51,191 nucleotides of DNA from an uncultured bacterium (GTDB lineage: Bacteria; B130-G9). The notes beneath the pieces were generated by a model that was not told the DNA's origin, did no database searches, and saw only the letters and a program-made list of their open reading frames with translations. Shown piece by piece: positions 17,770-27,340 of this stretch. The first letter of the stretch is position 1, and each line of letters begins with the position of its first letter. The stretch spans positions 1 to 51,191 of the forward strand of contig CBDVDH010000022.1 in the NCBI GenBank assembly GCA_965372715.1. Direction: 5' to 3'. A program made the position numbers and the translations under genes.

Positions 17770-18030
17770 CTAGTCATCGCTGGAGTCCTCAAGTAGCTCG
17801 TAGCATTCCCCGGCCCGTGCCTTGCTGAACGACTTCTCAGGCAGCTCTAGCACTTTGAGTCTCGTAACGTGCCCGCGATTGCTTATCTCAAGCTCGTCGC
17901 CGACCTGCACCGCTCGCCCGGCCTTTGCGGTGTTGCCGTTTATCTTCACGCAACCCTCATCGCATAGCTGCTTCGCGACCGAGCGGCGCTTCGACAAACA
18001 ACTGGCCTTAAGGAATAGGTCAAGGCGCAT
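17770..18030 (-). CDS. RNA-binding S4 domain protein (Hsp15/YabO-like)
   Basis: MRLDLFLK....KRRSVAKQLCDEG.VKING..AKAG..V.VGDEL. Confidence 0.9.
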   Translation of the reverse strand: MRLDLFLKASCLSKRRSVAKQLCDEGCVKINGNTAKAGRAVQVGDELEISNRGHVTRLKVLELPEKSFSKARAGECYELLEDSSDD

Positions 18031-19045
18031 TGAGCATGATTTTAATGTAGCTTTTCGCCCTAAGTTCCTTGATAAGAGCGTCGTATCGTTTCTCGAAGTC
18101 CCGAACATAGAGCGTTTCTCGTATCTTTCGTTTGAGCTCGGGACTTATCTCGAAGCCGCCGCCCCGTCTTTCGAGCAATCGGACGATGTGAAACCCCATC
18201 GGGCTCGTAATAATGCCGCTCACATCACCGGTTTCTAGCTGAAAAGCCACCTCGGCCAACGACGGAAACATCTCATCCTTGCTCAGAAATCCCAGGCCAT
18301 CGCAGCCTCTCAGCGCATTATCAGCTGACTGGCATACCTTGTCGAACGGTTCGCCCAACTGAAGCCGCTCCAGGACCCGTTCGGCGTCAGACTTGGCGGC
18401 CGCAACACTCAACTCGTCGTCAGGGTCCGCGACCTTAAAGAGTATCTGGGCGAAATTGACCTGCTCGGCCGAGGCCAAGAGCCCCTTGTTCTCCTCCGTA
18501 TAAGCAACGATCTGGGCATCAGAAACGTCGATCATCGCCCGAACCCTGGCATCGAGCACCGCCTGTTCCATGTACTCATCGACATACAGCGCCTTCAACA
18601 CAGGAAGCGTGAAGCCCTCCCGGGCAAGGACTTGGTCAAACTCCTCGGTCGTCTCAATGCCAAATCTCTCCATGGTTCGATCGATTCGTTTCTGAATGAG
18701 TGCCTCATCCGGTTTCAGGCCGATTCGTTTGGCCTCTGAAACCATCAGACGTCTGTCGATGAGTAGGTCCAGCATCTCCCGTTTTCGCTTTTTCAGCTTC
18801 TCGGCCCTCTCGCTGGAGGGTATCTGCTGCATCAGCGAGAGATAGTCACGGTCTGCGGACAAGGCCTGTTCCAGCTGGTGCTTGGTTACCACCTGATCGT
18901 TGGCTATCGCAACAATCCTGTCCGCGAGCTGCCTCTGGGCCGGCTGCTCCGCGAGAAGCACGTCTTGCGAAAGCATAGGGGCCAGCGTGACCATCAGCCA
19001 AAGCAATGACAGCCGCGACAGTATCGCTCTTGACGCGATGATCAC
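18020..19045 (-). CDS. SurA-like parvulin peptidyl-prolyl isomerase
   Basis: DRIVAIANDQVVT, LDLLIDRRL (SurA_N); GLGFL, SPMGFHIVRL (rotamase); GTG start overlaps the upstream TGA, GGAGGAG RBS. Confidence 0.85.
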   Translation of the reverse strand: MIIASRAILSRLSLLWLMVTLAPMLSQDVLLAEQPAQRQLADRIVAIANDQVVTKHQLEQALSADRDYLSLMQQIPSSERAEKLKKRKREMLDLLIDRRLMVSEAKRIGLKPDEALIQKRIDRTMERFGIETTEEFDQVLAREGFTLPVLKALYVDEYMEQAVLDARVRAMIDVSDAQIVAYTEENKGLLASAEQVNFAQILFKVADPDDELSVAAAKSDAERVLERLQLGEPFDKVCQSADNALRGCDGLGFLSKDEMFPSLAEVAFQLETGDVSGIITSPMGFHIVRLLERRGGGFEISPELKRKIRETLYVRDFEKRYDALIKELRAKSYIKIMLNAP

Positions 19046-19962
19046 AGAATCTCCTCCGGGAATACCTGAAGCTGCCACTTTGATTTGAGCTCCTTCACCC
19101 ACTCATCATACCGCGACTTGGCTTTGCTGTCAAAAACCCTAGCTCTGACTTTCTCCTTGACCTCGGCGAAGGGCCCCACCCGTGCCTCCTGTATCTTGTC
19201 CACCTGGAAGATGTGATAACCGAAAGACGTGTGAATAACCTTGCTCCGTTCGCCCTCGGAGAGCGAGAATATCGGGGTCTCCATTTCTGGCGGAAGGTCG
19301 CCCTTTCTGACCCAACCCAAGTCCCCGCCCTGCGCGGCCTCGGGCGCCGCCGAATACTCGGCCGCCAGGCTCTCAAAACTCCGCTTGCGACGTGACAGAA
19401 GCCGCAGCAGCTGGTTCGCGGTCTCGCTGTTTTTCACAAGTATCTGACGCGCCCTGACCCTTCGAGGCTCCTCAAACTCCGAACTACCCTCATCGTAGTA
19501 GTTCTTTAGCTCGGCCTCGGATATCTCCACCTTGCCCGTAACGTTCGCCTCTATAAGCTTCGAGCGTATCAGGTCGGCCTTGGCCTGACTCAACCAGTCA
19601 GCGTAGCTGAGACCACTTCGCGAAAGATACTGCTCAAAATGGTCTGCCCCGTAGGCATCCTTGAGCTCCTGAACGTAGGCTGCGAGCTCCGCGTGTGTGA
19701 ACTCAACGCCGCTCGTCTCGGCCTCCTGCATCATGACCTCTTGAAGCGCCATCTCCTCCAGATAGACCGACGCCTGACGGTAACTGGCTTTAACGAGTCT
19801 GGCCAGAAACTCGTCCCGTGTTATCACCTGGGACCCGAACTTGGCAACTAGCCTTCGAGGCGGCGCGACCGGCTTCTCCTCGCTACAGCCCGTCGCAATA
19901 CACAGCAAGACCACTAGAATGCCGATCGGCCTAAATACGCCTCTGCGAGGCGCCAGACTCAT
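19042..19962 (-). CDS. PrsA/PpiC-type foldase lipoprotein
   Basis: Lipobox-like IATGC; RARQILV, FESLAAEYS...GGDLGW, TSFGYHIF. Confidence 0.88.
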   Translation of the reverse strand: MSLAPRRGVFRPIGILVVLLCIATGCSEEKPVAPPRRLVAKFGSQVITRDEFLARLVKASYRQASVYLEEMALQEVMMQEAETSGVEFTHAELAAYVQELKDAYGADHFEQYLSRSGLSYADWLSQAKADLIRSKLIEANVTGKVEISEAELKNYYDEGSSEFEEPRRVRARQILVKNSETANQLLRLLSRRKRSFESLAAEYSAAPEAAQGGDLGWVRKGDLPPEMETPIFSLSEGERSKVIHTSFGYHIFQVDKIQEARVGPFAEVKEKVRARVFDSKAKSRYDEWVKELKSKWQLQVFPEEIL

Positions 19963-19964
19963 GC

Positions 19965-21069
19965 CTACTTCCGCGCCTCCTCCGTCAGATATGCCCGGAC
20001 GAATGGGTCTATGCGGCCGTCCAGGACGGCATCGACGTTCCCGACGTCAACGTTGGTTCTATGGTCCTTGACCATTTGGTATGGCTGCAGCACGTAGGAG
20101 CGGATTTGGCTGCCCCAGGCGATTTCTTTCTTGGCGCTGTGTTCGTCCTGCTCAACCTGTCGCCGCTTGTCGAGCTCCAGCTGATACAGGTTCGATTTCA
20201 GTATCTTCATCGCCACCTCTCGGTTGCGATGCTGCGAACGTTCGTTCTGGCACTGAACGACCACGCCGGTCGGGATGTGCGTCATCCGGACCGCTGAATC
20301 GGTCGTGTTGACGTGCTGACCGCCTTTGCCGCTCGCGCGGAATGTGTCGATGCGAAGGTCTTTTTCATCGATGTTGATCTCAATCGAGTCATCCACCTCG
20401 GGTGTAACTGAGACTGCCGCAAAAGATGTGTGGCGTCGGCGGTTGGCATCGAACGGCGATATCCGAACAAGCCGGTGGACCCCGGTTTCGCCCTTCAGGT
20501 AGCCATAAGCATGAAGACCCGTGATCTGAATGACCACGCTCTTGATGCCCGCCTCATCCCCCGGGAGACGGTCGAGAATCTGGGACGAGTAACCGTGCGT
20601 CTCCGCCCAGCGAGCGTACATCCGCATCAGCATCTCCGCCCAATCCTGCGCCTCGGTGCCCCCGGCGCCGGGCTGAATCTGAAGGATAGCGTTTCGCTCG
20701 TCACTCTCGCCGGAAAGAAGCGCCTTGACCTCCATGTCAGAGAGCTCCTCGTCTATTGCACTGATTTCATCCGCTGCTTCTTTGAGAACAGAGGCATCGT
20801 CCTCCGAGGCGCCGAGCTCGACCATGACTGAAGCGTCCTCGAACCGACTATTAAGAGCTGAGAACTCCTCTACCCGCTTGGCAAAGACGGCCCGTTGCTT
20901 CATGAGCTCCTGCGCGGCGGCGGGGTCCGACCACAGGTTCTCCGACTCGAGCTTCTCGTCGAGCTCCTTGATCCTCTGCTTGGCGGCATCTACGTCAAAG
21001 ATACCCCCGTATCGTCTCAATACGAGCCGAGAGCTCCTTGAGCTTGTGCTCGATCTCCTGCGCTTCCAA
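19965..21069 (-). CDS. prfB: Peptide chain release factor 2, expressed via programmed +1 frameshift
   Basis: TTG 21069 (GGAGG RBS) gives MEAQEIEHKLKELSARIETIRGYL, then CTT-TGA-C at 21000-20994; +1 frame contains GAGGTEAQDWA, SPF and GGQ. Confidence 0.96.
20994..21009 (-). promoter_or_regulatory. prfB +1 frameshift cassette
   Basis: Minus strand CGGGGG-TAT-CTT-TGA-C: internal SD-like sequence, slippery Leu codon, UGA. Confidence 0.93.
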
Positions 21070-21128
21070 TCACAGCCTCCCCAGAATGTTTGGTCAAATC
21101 AATCTCAGCCTCAATCCCTGCCGCCCGA

Positions 21129-21746
21129 TCAGTAGCCAACGAGAAACTCGGCGCACCGAATTGCGATCGGAAGAATAAACAGCCCGAATACCCCCAGATA
21201 CAACAGGCCGAAAAGAATTAGAAAGCCGAATCGCTCGAGCTTCATGTATTCAATCGCGAGGTTTCTTGGCAGAAGTCCCGTAACTATACGGCTCCCGTCC
21301 AGCGGCGGAATCGGTATCAAGTTGAAAAAGCCGAGGACCAGGTTCACCAACATGAAGAAGAACACAAATTCCAGCAATATAGACTGTCCGGACGTCAGCG
21401 GCGCAAGCAGCCTGAAAAAAGCGGCGGCTATTGTCGCCAGGATGAAGTTCGCAACCGGCCCAGCCATCCCGACCCACATCATGCCTTTGAGCGGATTGCG
21501 AAAGTAGCGTGGGTCAACGGGAACGGGCTTTGCCCACCCGAAAATCACGGGGGAATGGGCGAGATATAGCATGAGCGGGAACATGATCGTGCCGAAAAGG
21601 CTGATGTGCTTGATGGGATTTAGCGTCAGGCGCCCGAGCTCCTCCGCTGTCGGGTCGCCCAAACGTTTTGCGACATAGCCGTGAGCAACTTCGTGACACG
21701 TCAGCGCAAGTAAGAATGCTGGGATGCCCAGCCAAAGCCCCTGCAC
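21129..21746 (-). CDS. Site-2 protease (peptidase M50)
   Basis: HEVAH, GDPTA..GRLTLNP, GWAKPVPVDP, AGPVAN, NLIPIPPLDG. Confidence 0.93.
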   Translation of the reverse strand: MQGLWLGIPAFLLALTCHEVAHGYVAKRLGDPTAEELGRLTLNPIKHISLFGTIMFPLMLYLAHSPVIFGWAKPVPVDPRYFRNPLKGMMWVGMAGPVANFILATIAAAFFRLLAPLTSGQSILLEFVFFFMLVNLVLGFFNLIPIPPLDGSRIVTGLLPRNLAIEYMKLERFGFLILFGLLYLGVFGLFILPIAIRCAEFLVGY

Positions 21747-21935
21747 TACGCTGCACCCCGCACGAAACCAAACGTCGAAAGTCCGCCTTTCACAACTCCA
21801 ACATGACAGAATACCTCGGCTCTGTCAACATTCGCTTGTTGACCCAAAATGCCAAAACGCTCTCGGTCCCAAATGACGCTCTGCATAGTATCGTTTTCGC
21901 CCAAAAGGAAAACCAGCCGGACGCCGATATGTGCC

Positions 21936-22013
21936 GGATTGGGGATTGCGGATTGACTTTCGACTTTCGACTCGAAACTTTGAACTTGGAACTTTGAACT
22001 TTGAACTTGGAAC
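21936..22013. repeat. Heptamer tandem tract
   Basis: GGATTGN x3, then TTTCGAC x2, TCGAAAC, TT(T/G)GAAC x5. Confidence 0.85.
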
Positions 22014-22022
22014 TCCACACCG

Positions 22023-22051
22023 TTGACAGCGGGCGCGCCCGCAAGTAGTAT
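22023..22051 (+). promoter_or_regulatory. Sigma70 promoter of the tldD operon
   Basis: TTGACA-N17-TAGTAT; spacer contains the perfect palindrome GCGGGCGCGCCCGC. Confidence 0.7.
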
Positions 22052-22104
22052 AGATTGTCTTGTATGCTTGTAGGTTGTCAAATTAGGGTTGTAGGAGGGA
22101 TTCG

Positions 22105-23547
22105 ATGAAGGATTGGCTGCGAGGCGCTGTTGACCACGCGTCGAAGCTCGGCGCGTCCTATGCGGACATAAGGCTGCTTCACCTCGTCACCGAGAACATC
22201 CAGGTCAAGAACGGGACCGTTGAGGCAATCACGTCCCGTGAGACGAGGGGATTCGGTATTCGCGTTATTGCGAACGGTTCGTGGGGCTTCGCTAGTAGTT
22301 CGCTGGTCAACGAGAATGAGATGAAGCGCATCGCCGGTCTCGCGGTGCAGATTGCGAAGGCGAGTTCGACGTTGAAGAAGGACGACGTTGTCTTGGCTGA
22401 GACGGACATACGCCAGGACAAGTATGTAACACCAATCAAGAAAGACCCTTTCAGCATTCCGTTGAAGGCCAAGCTGGCGGTTCTCTTGGAGGCGGATAGG
22501 GCTCTTCGCGCGAGAAACGGCGTGAAGATCGCTGAGACGAACATGCGGTTCTTTAGGACCGAGAAGACGTTCATCAGCAGCGAGGGCGCCGATATAGATC
22601 AGGTGATATACGAGTCAGGCGGCGGGATAGCTGCGACGGCGATAGATGGCGACCAGATGCAGATTCGCTCGTATCCCAATAGCTTCCGTGGCAACTACGG
22701 GACGGCGGGTTACGAGTTTGTCGAGGGGCTTAGCCTCGTAAGCCACGCGCCTCGTGTTGCGGAGGAGGCTGTGGCGCTGCTTACGGCGAAGGAATGCCCA
22801 AGCAAGACGACCACGCTGGTCATCGGCGGCTCCCAGCTCGCGCTTCAGGTGCACGAATCGTGCGGCCATCCGATTGAGCTGGACCGCGTCTTTGGGATGG
22901 AGGCGAGCTACGCGGGGACGAGCTTCATGACGCCAGAAAAGCTCAATAGTCTTCAATATGGTTCGAGCATCGTGAATATCTATGCTGATGCCACGACGCC
23001 GGGGGGATTGGGCACGTTTGGCTACGACGACGAGGGTGTCAACGCGCAGCGCACTCCGATAATCAAGGAAGGGCTCTTCGTGGGCTATTTGACGTCTCGG
23101 GAGACGGCGATCAAGCTCGGCCAGAGAAGCAATGGGACCTGCCGCGCCGACGGCTGGTGGAACATTCCGCTAATCCGGATGATCAATGTGAACCTCGAGC
23201 CTGGCGATTGGGAGTTTGACGACCTGATCAGGGACACAGACGAAGGGATTTTGGTCGAGACCAACAAGAGCTGGAGCATCGACGACAAGCGGCTGAACTT
23301 CCAGTTTGGATGCGAGGCGGGCTGGGAGATAAAAAACGGCGTGCTGGGTGACATGGTCAAGAATCCTACGTACACAGGAATAACTCCCGAGTTCTGGAAC
23401 TCATGCGATGCGATATGCAACAAGAAGCACTGGGTGGTTTGGGGAACTCCCAACTGCGGTAAGGGTGAACCTCCTCAGATTGCGCACGTTGCGCACGGGA
23501 CGGCGCCGTCAAGATTCAGAAACGTAAAGGTAGGTGTGAGCAAATGA
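22105..23547 (+). CDS. tldD: TldD metalloprotease subunit
   Basis: YADIR, GFGIRV..NGSWGFAS, HESCGH (HExxxH), YDDEG, NCGKGEP. Confidence 0.93.
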   Translation: MKDWLRGAVDHASKLGASYADIRLLHLVTENIQVKNGTVEAITSRETRGFGIRVIANGSWGFASSSLVNENEMKRIAGLAVQIAKASSTLKKDDVVLAETDIRQDKYVTPIKKDPFSIPLKAKLAVLLEADRALRARNGVKIAETNMRFFRTEKTFISSEGADIDQVIYESGGGIAATAIDGDQMQIRSYPNSFRGNYGTAGYEFVEGLSLVSHAPRVAEEAVALLTAKECPSKTTTLVIGGSQLALQVHESCGHPIELDRVFGMEASYAGTSFMTPEKLNSLQYGSSIVNIYADATTPGGLGTFGYDDEGVNAQRTPIIKEGLFVGYLTSRETAIKLGQRSNGTCRADGWWNIPLIRMINVNLEPGDWEFDDLIRDTDEGILVETNKSWSIDDKRLNFQFGCEAGWEIKNGVLGDMVKNPTYTGITPEFWNSCDAICNKKHWVVWGTPNCGKGEPPQIAHVAHGTAPSRFRNVKVGVSK

Positions 23548-24884
23548 TCGGGAAGGAAAGAGCTCTTAAGATACTACATGAAGTCATTGCGATGTCCGAC
23601 GGGGACGAAACCGATGCGATGCTCACCTCAAAACAGAGCTCGCTGACACGGTTTGCGAACTCGACCATTCATCAGAATGTCTCGCAGTCGTCGTCGGACG
23701 TAAACATCAGGGTCGTCAAAGGAAAGCGAATTGGCGTCGCCTCGACCGACCGGATTCACGACGAGGATAGCCTCCAGAACCTCGTCAAGACGGCGTCGAT
23801 GATCGCAGACTTCCAGGAGGAGAACCCCAACTATCGGGGTATGCCGGGCCCGGCGCCGATCCACGACGTAAATGCGTTTTGTGAGGCGACGGCAGCTTAT
23901 TCCCCGTCTCAGCGGGCAAACGCCGTGAAGACACTGGTCGATATCTGCGACAAGGACTCCATCATCGCCTCTGGCTCGTTTAAGACTGAGGAGGGTGAGC
24001 TCGCGATAGCGAACTCCAACGGCGTGGCTGCGTATTTTCCGAATACAGCGGCGGAGGTCTCGACCGTTGTGATGAAGGGCGACCAATGTGGCTATGCGGC
24101 GGCGAGCTCAAACCACGTGGCCGACATAGACATAAGGAGCATCGCAGAGGAGGCGGCCAGCGTCTGCCGCCGGAATGCGAACCAAGTCGAGGTGGAGCCT
24201 GGCAAGCACGACGTAGTGCTTCACCCTTACGCTGTCGCGGACTTGATCTCAATGATGTGTGCGCTGGAGTTTGGCGCTTTGTCGATGCAGGAGGGGCGCA
24301 GCTTCATGAGCGAGAAGATGGGCCAGAAGGTTTTCAGCGACAGTCTCACAGTGTGGGACGATGGCCTGGACGCATCGGGCATGCCGCTGCCGTTTGACTT
24401 TGAGGGCGTTCCGAAGCAGAAGGTCGTTTTGATCGAGGATGGCGTGGCCAAGAACGTGGTCTATGACACGGCGACAGCTCGCAAAGAGGGTAAGGAATCG
24501 ACGGGCCACGGACTGCCCGCCGGCAACACGTGGGGCCCCGTGCCGATCAACATGTTCATGAAGCCTGGCTCCGACACGCTTGATGGTCTTGTATCGAAGG
24601 TCAACCGGGGCCTCTTTGTGACGAGATTCCACTATATCAATCCGTATCTTGACTTGAAGAGGGCGGTCTTCACGGGAATGACACGGGATGGCACGTTCAT
24701 GATCGAGAACGGTTCGATGACGAAAGCGGTCAAGAACCTACGGTTCACGATGAGCATGATCGACGCGTTCAATAGCCTGGACGGGCTGACCGAGGAGACC
24801 ATGTTCATAGGCGGCTGGTTTGGCATGAGAGTCCCTGGCGCTCTTATCCGAGGATTCAATTTCTCGGGCAAGACCCAGTTCTAA
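23544..24884 (+). CDS. pmbA: TldE/PmbA-family subunit
   Basis: LTRFANSTIHQN, PFDFEGVP, TGMTRDGTF.IENG, NLRF; no HExxxH; coupled to tldD. Confidence 0.88.
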   Translation: MIGKERALKILHEVIAMSDGDETDAMLTSKQSSLTRFANSTIHQNVSQSSSDVNIRVVKGKRIGVASTDRIHDEDSLQNLVKTASMIADFQEENPNYRGMPGPAPIHDVNAFCEATAAYSPSQRANAVKTLVDICDKDSIIASGSFKTEEGELAIANSNGVAAYFPNTAAEVSTVVMKGDQCGYAAASSNHVADIDIRSIAEEAASVCRRNANQVEVEPGKHDVVLHPYAVADLISMMCALEFGALSMQEGRSFMSEKMGQKVFSDSLTVWDDGLDASGMPLPFDFEGVPKQKVVLIEDGVAKNVVYDTATARKEGKESTGHGLPAGNTWGPVPINMFMKPGSDTLDGLVSKVNRGLFVTRFHYINPYLDLKRAVFTGMTRDGTFMIENGSMTKAVKNLRFTMSMIDAFNSLDGLTEETMFIGGWFGMRVPGALIRGFNFSGKTQF

Positions 24885-24938
24885 TGCCGCAACGCGGAGC
24901 CTCAAGTCCTGAAGCAGGCAGACCTCATTAGGGACCGC

Positions 24939-26144
24939 GTGCAGCGCCGGGTAGGCCGAGCGACCCATACCTCAATCCGCGTGCTGCACACCAATTTCCA
25001 CCTGGGTTGGGGTGGCCAGGCGGCTCGCGTCTTTTTCTTGTGCAAAGGCCTTCGAGACGTGGGAGTCGATGTTGCGGTCGCTGCGCCAAAGGGAAGCGTC
25101 CTGGCCGAAAAATGCGGCAATGCAGGAATCCACGCCCTCGGCGACGTTCGCTTCTCAAAAGGATTTCAACCGGCCGATTTCTGGCAAGACGTGCGGTCGA
25201 TTAAGAGGTTTATTGTCGCGAACGGCATTAACATCCTACATACGCATGGCTCGCAGGACACTTGGTCGGGCTCTGTGGCCGCTGCCCGCTGCCCGAGGCG
25301 CTGGCGGCCGGCAGTTGTCCGGACGAGGCACAACACGTTCCCGGTCAAATACAGCCTTGTGAACAGATTCCTCTATCGCTGGCTGATCGACCGGCTCATC
25401 ATCGTCAGCGACAGCGTGATGGAGCGATACGCGAAGTTCATCGAGAGCGGCGTCATCATGCGGGAGCGGGTCTCGACCATCCACAGCTGCATCGAGGTGG
25501 GAAGGTTCGACCCAGAACAGATAAACAAAAGGGAGACGAGGGATGCGCTTGATATACCATGCGATGCCCCGGTCATCGTTGCGGCGGCGAGACTTGCGCG
25601 GGAGAAGGGCCACAGCTTCCTGCTCCAGGCGGTGGCCTCGCTGAGGTCTGAGTTTCCAAACGTGGTCGTTCTTCTCGCTGGCGAGGGCAATCAGGAAGAG
25701 ACGCTAAAGGCGCAGACGCGGGAGCTGGACCTATCCGACAACGTCCGTTTTCTTGGCTTCTGTGAACACGTCCCAAAGGTGCTGGCCGCGGCCGACGTCT
25801 CCGTCCTCCCATCAATTGACTGCGACGCCTCGTCTGCCTCAATCAAGGAGGCGATGGCGATGCAGGTCCCTGTGGTGGCGACGAGCATAGGCGGAGCGGC
25901 GGAGATAATCGACCATGAGGCTGATGGTCTAATAGTGCAGGCCGGCGACGCCTCAGCTCTGGCGGGTGCGATTAGGCGCCTGCTGAAGGACCCCTCGCTT
26001 CGGAGTAAGATGGGTCGGGCTGGCAGGTCGAAGGTGATAAGGAGGTTCACCGAGCAGAAGCTCGCAAGCGACACAATGGCCGTCTATCGGGAGATGCTGG
26101 AACCTGAGTTTGTAGGGGCGATTCACGAATCGCCCTTTGCATAA
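24939..26144 (+). CDS. Glycosyltransferase family 4
   Basis: GWGGQ, ILHTHGSQD, ARLAREKGH, EAMAMQVPVVAT.IGG; start approximate. Confidence 0.9.
   Translation: MQRRVGRATHTSIRVLHTNFHLGWGGQAARVFFLCKGLRDVGVDVAVAAPKGSVLAEKCGNAGIHALGDVRFSKGFQPADFWQDVRSIKRFIVANGINILHTHGSQDTWSGSVAAARCPRRWRPAVVRTRHNTFPVKYSLVNRFLYRWLIDRLIIVSDSVMERYAKFIESGVIMRERVSTIHSCIEVGRFDPEQINKRETRDALDIPCDAPVIVAAARLAREKGHSFLLQAVASLRSEFPNVVVLLAGEGNQEETLKAQTRELDLSDNVRFLGFCEHVPKVLAAADVSVLPSIDCDASSASIKEAMAMQVPVVATSIGGAAEIIDHEADGLIVQAGDASALAGAIRRLLKDPSLRSKMGRAGRSKVIRRFTEQKLASDTMAVYREMLEPEFVGAIHESPFA
26112..26135 (+). repeat. GTAG-REP hairpin inside the GT4 3' end
   Basis: GTAGGGGCGATTCACGAATCGCCC encodes VGAIHESP. Confidence 0.75.
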
Positions 26145-26160
26145 TCGATGAAGTCAAAGA

Positions 26161-27279
26161 GTGATGCCTGACGCGAAAGGCCGTGTCGTTCGGATTGTGT
26201 CGGACTTGCCCTACGGCGGAGTGGAGCGGCGCCTTCTGTCGGTTCTGCCCCGGCTTCGGGACATTGGTTGGCTCGTGTCCGTCGTTTGCATCCGAGAAGC
26301 CGGCCAAATGGCGCCGCTGTTTGAGCGCGAAGGCATATCAGTTTCCGTCATCCCGTTCAGGTCGCGCTGGTCACCTCGCTCGCTGAATCAGCTGGCGCGA
26401 TGGCTGAGAGGGGGCCGTGTTGACATCGTCCATACCCACATGTATCGGTGCAACACATCGGGGACCGTCGCGGCGCGGCTTGCCCGCGTCAAAGTGGTGA
26501 TCTCGAATGTCCACAACGTCAACGAGTGGGATGACGCAAAGCAGCTCCTCGCAGATAGGATGCTCGCTCGCTACAAGGACAAGATCGTCGCCGTGTCGGA
26601 GGGTGTCAGGCGAAACTACCTCGAAAGGACCCGCATCTCCCCCCTCAAGGTCATCACTATCCACAACGGCGTGGACCTGAAACCCTTCCAGGCCGCCGTC
26701 TTCGAGCCCGAACTCGCAACTGAGCTTGGCGTTCGAGAGGGCGAAAGAGTCGTCGCCGTCTTCGCAAGGCTCGTCGAGCAGAAGCGCCACGTTGATTTCT
26801 TGACGATGGCGGCAGACGTGCTCAAAGTGCTTCCGAACGTGAAGTTCCTCGTCGCCGGCAAGGGCAAACTGCGAAAGGAGCTCGAAGAGAAGGCGGCCGA
26901 ACTTGGCATATCGAAGCGAGTGATATTCGCTGGACACCGGAGCGACGTTCCCGGCTTACTCGCGCTGACCGACGTTGTCGCGATGTGCTCGGACAAGGAG
27001 GGTTTCTCAAACTCGGTCCTCGAGTCGATGGCGGCTGGGATTCCCGTCGTTGCGACCGATGTTGGGGGAAATGCCGAGGCGCTCGTCGATCGCGAGTCTG
27101 GGTTCATCGTGCCCGCTCGCCGGCCCGACGCTCTGGCGAAGCGAGTCCTCGCCCTTCTGACCGATCAAGTGCTTTACAGAAGTATCTCAAGCAAGGCCAA
27201 AGACCGCGCCTCGCACTTCAGCGTCGAGCGAATGTGCGAGAAGACGGACAAGCTATACACCGCGCTTTTGAAAGGATGA
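26161..27279 (+). CDS. Glycosyltransferase family 4
   Basis: YGGVER, DIVHTH, IHNGVD, ARLVEQKRH, EGFSNSVLESMAAGIPVVATDVGG. Confidence 0.92.
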   Translation: MMPDAKGRVVRIVSDLPYGGVERRLLSVLPRLRDIGWLVSVVCIREAGQMAPLFEREGISVSVIPFRSRWSPRSLNQLARWLRGGRVDIVHTHMYRCNTSGTVAARLARVKVVISNVHNVNEWDDAKQLLADRMLARYKDKIVAVSEGVRRNYLERTRISPLKVITIHNGVDLKPFQAAVFEPELATELGVREGERVVAVFARLVEQKRHVDFLTMAADVLKVLPNVKFLVAGKGKLRKELEEKAAELGISKRVIFAGHRSDVPGLLALTDVVAMCSDKEGFSNSVLESMAAGIPVVATDVGGNAEALVDRESGFIVPARRPDALAKRVLALLTDQVLYRSISSKAKDRASHFSVERMCEKTDKLYTALLKG

Positions 27280-27340
27280 AGGATGAAGGATGAAGCGGGA
27301 TCGCTACAATTGATGATTCAGCCTTCATAATTCATCCTTT
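27271..27340. terminator. Inverted heptamer repeat between convergent genes (possible bidirectional terminator)
   Basis: AAAGGATGAAGGATGAAGGATGAA (27271-27294) versus reverse complement of 27317-27340, 21/24 match. Confidence 0.55.

Noticed and set aside
21001-21020. ORF-track start MRRYGGIF for RF2, or RF2 as a pseudogene
   Set aside because: Explained by the canonical programmed frameshift
21746-22081. ORFs spanning the heptamer tract; tract as a CRISPR array
   Set aside because: Low-complexity translation of 7-mers; no repeat-spacer structure and no cas genes
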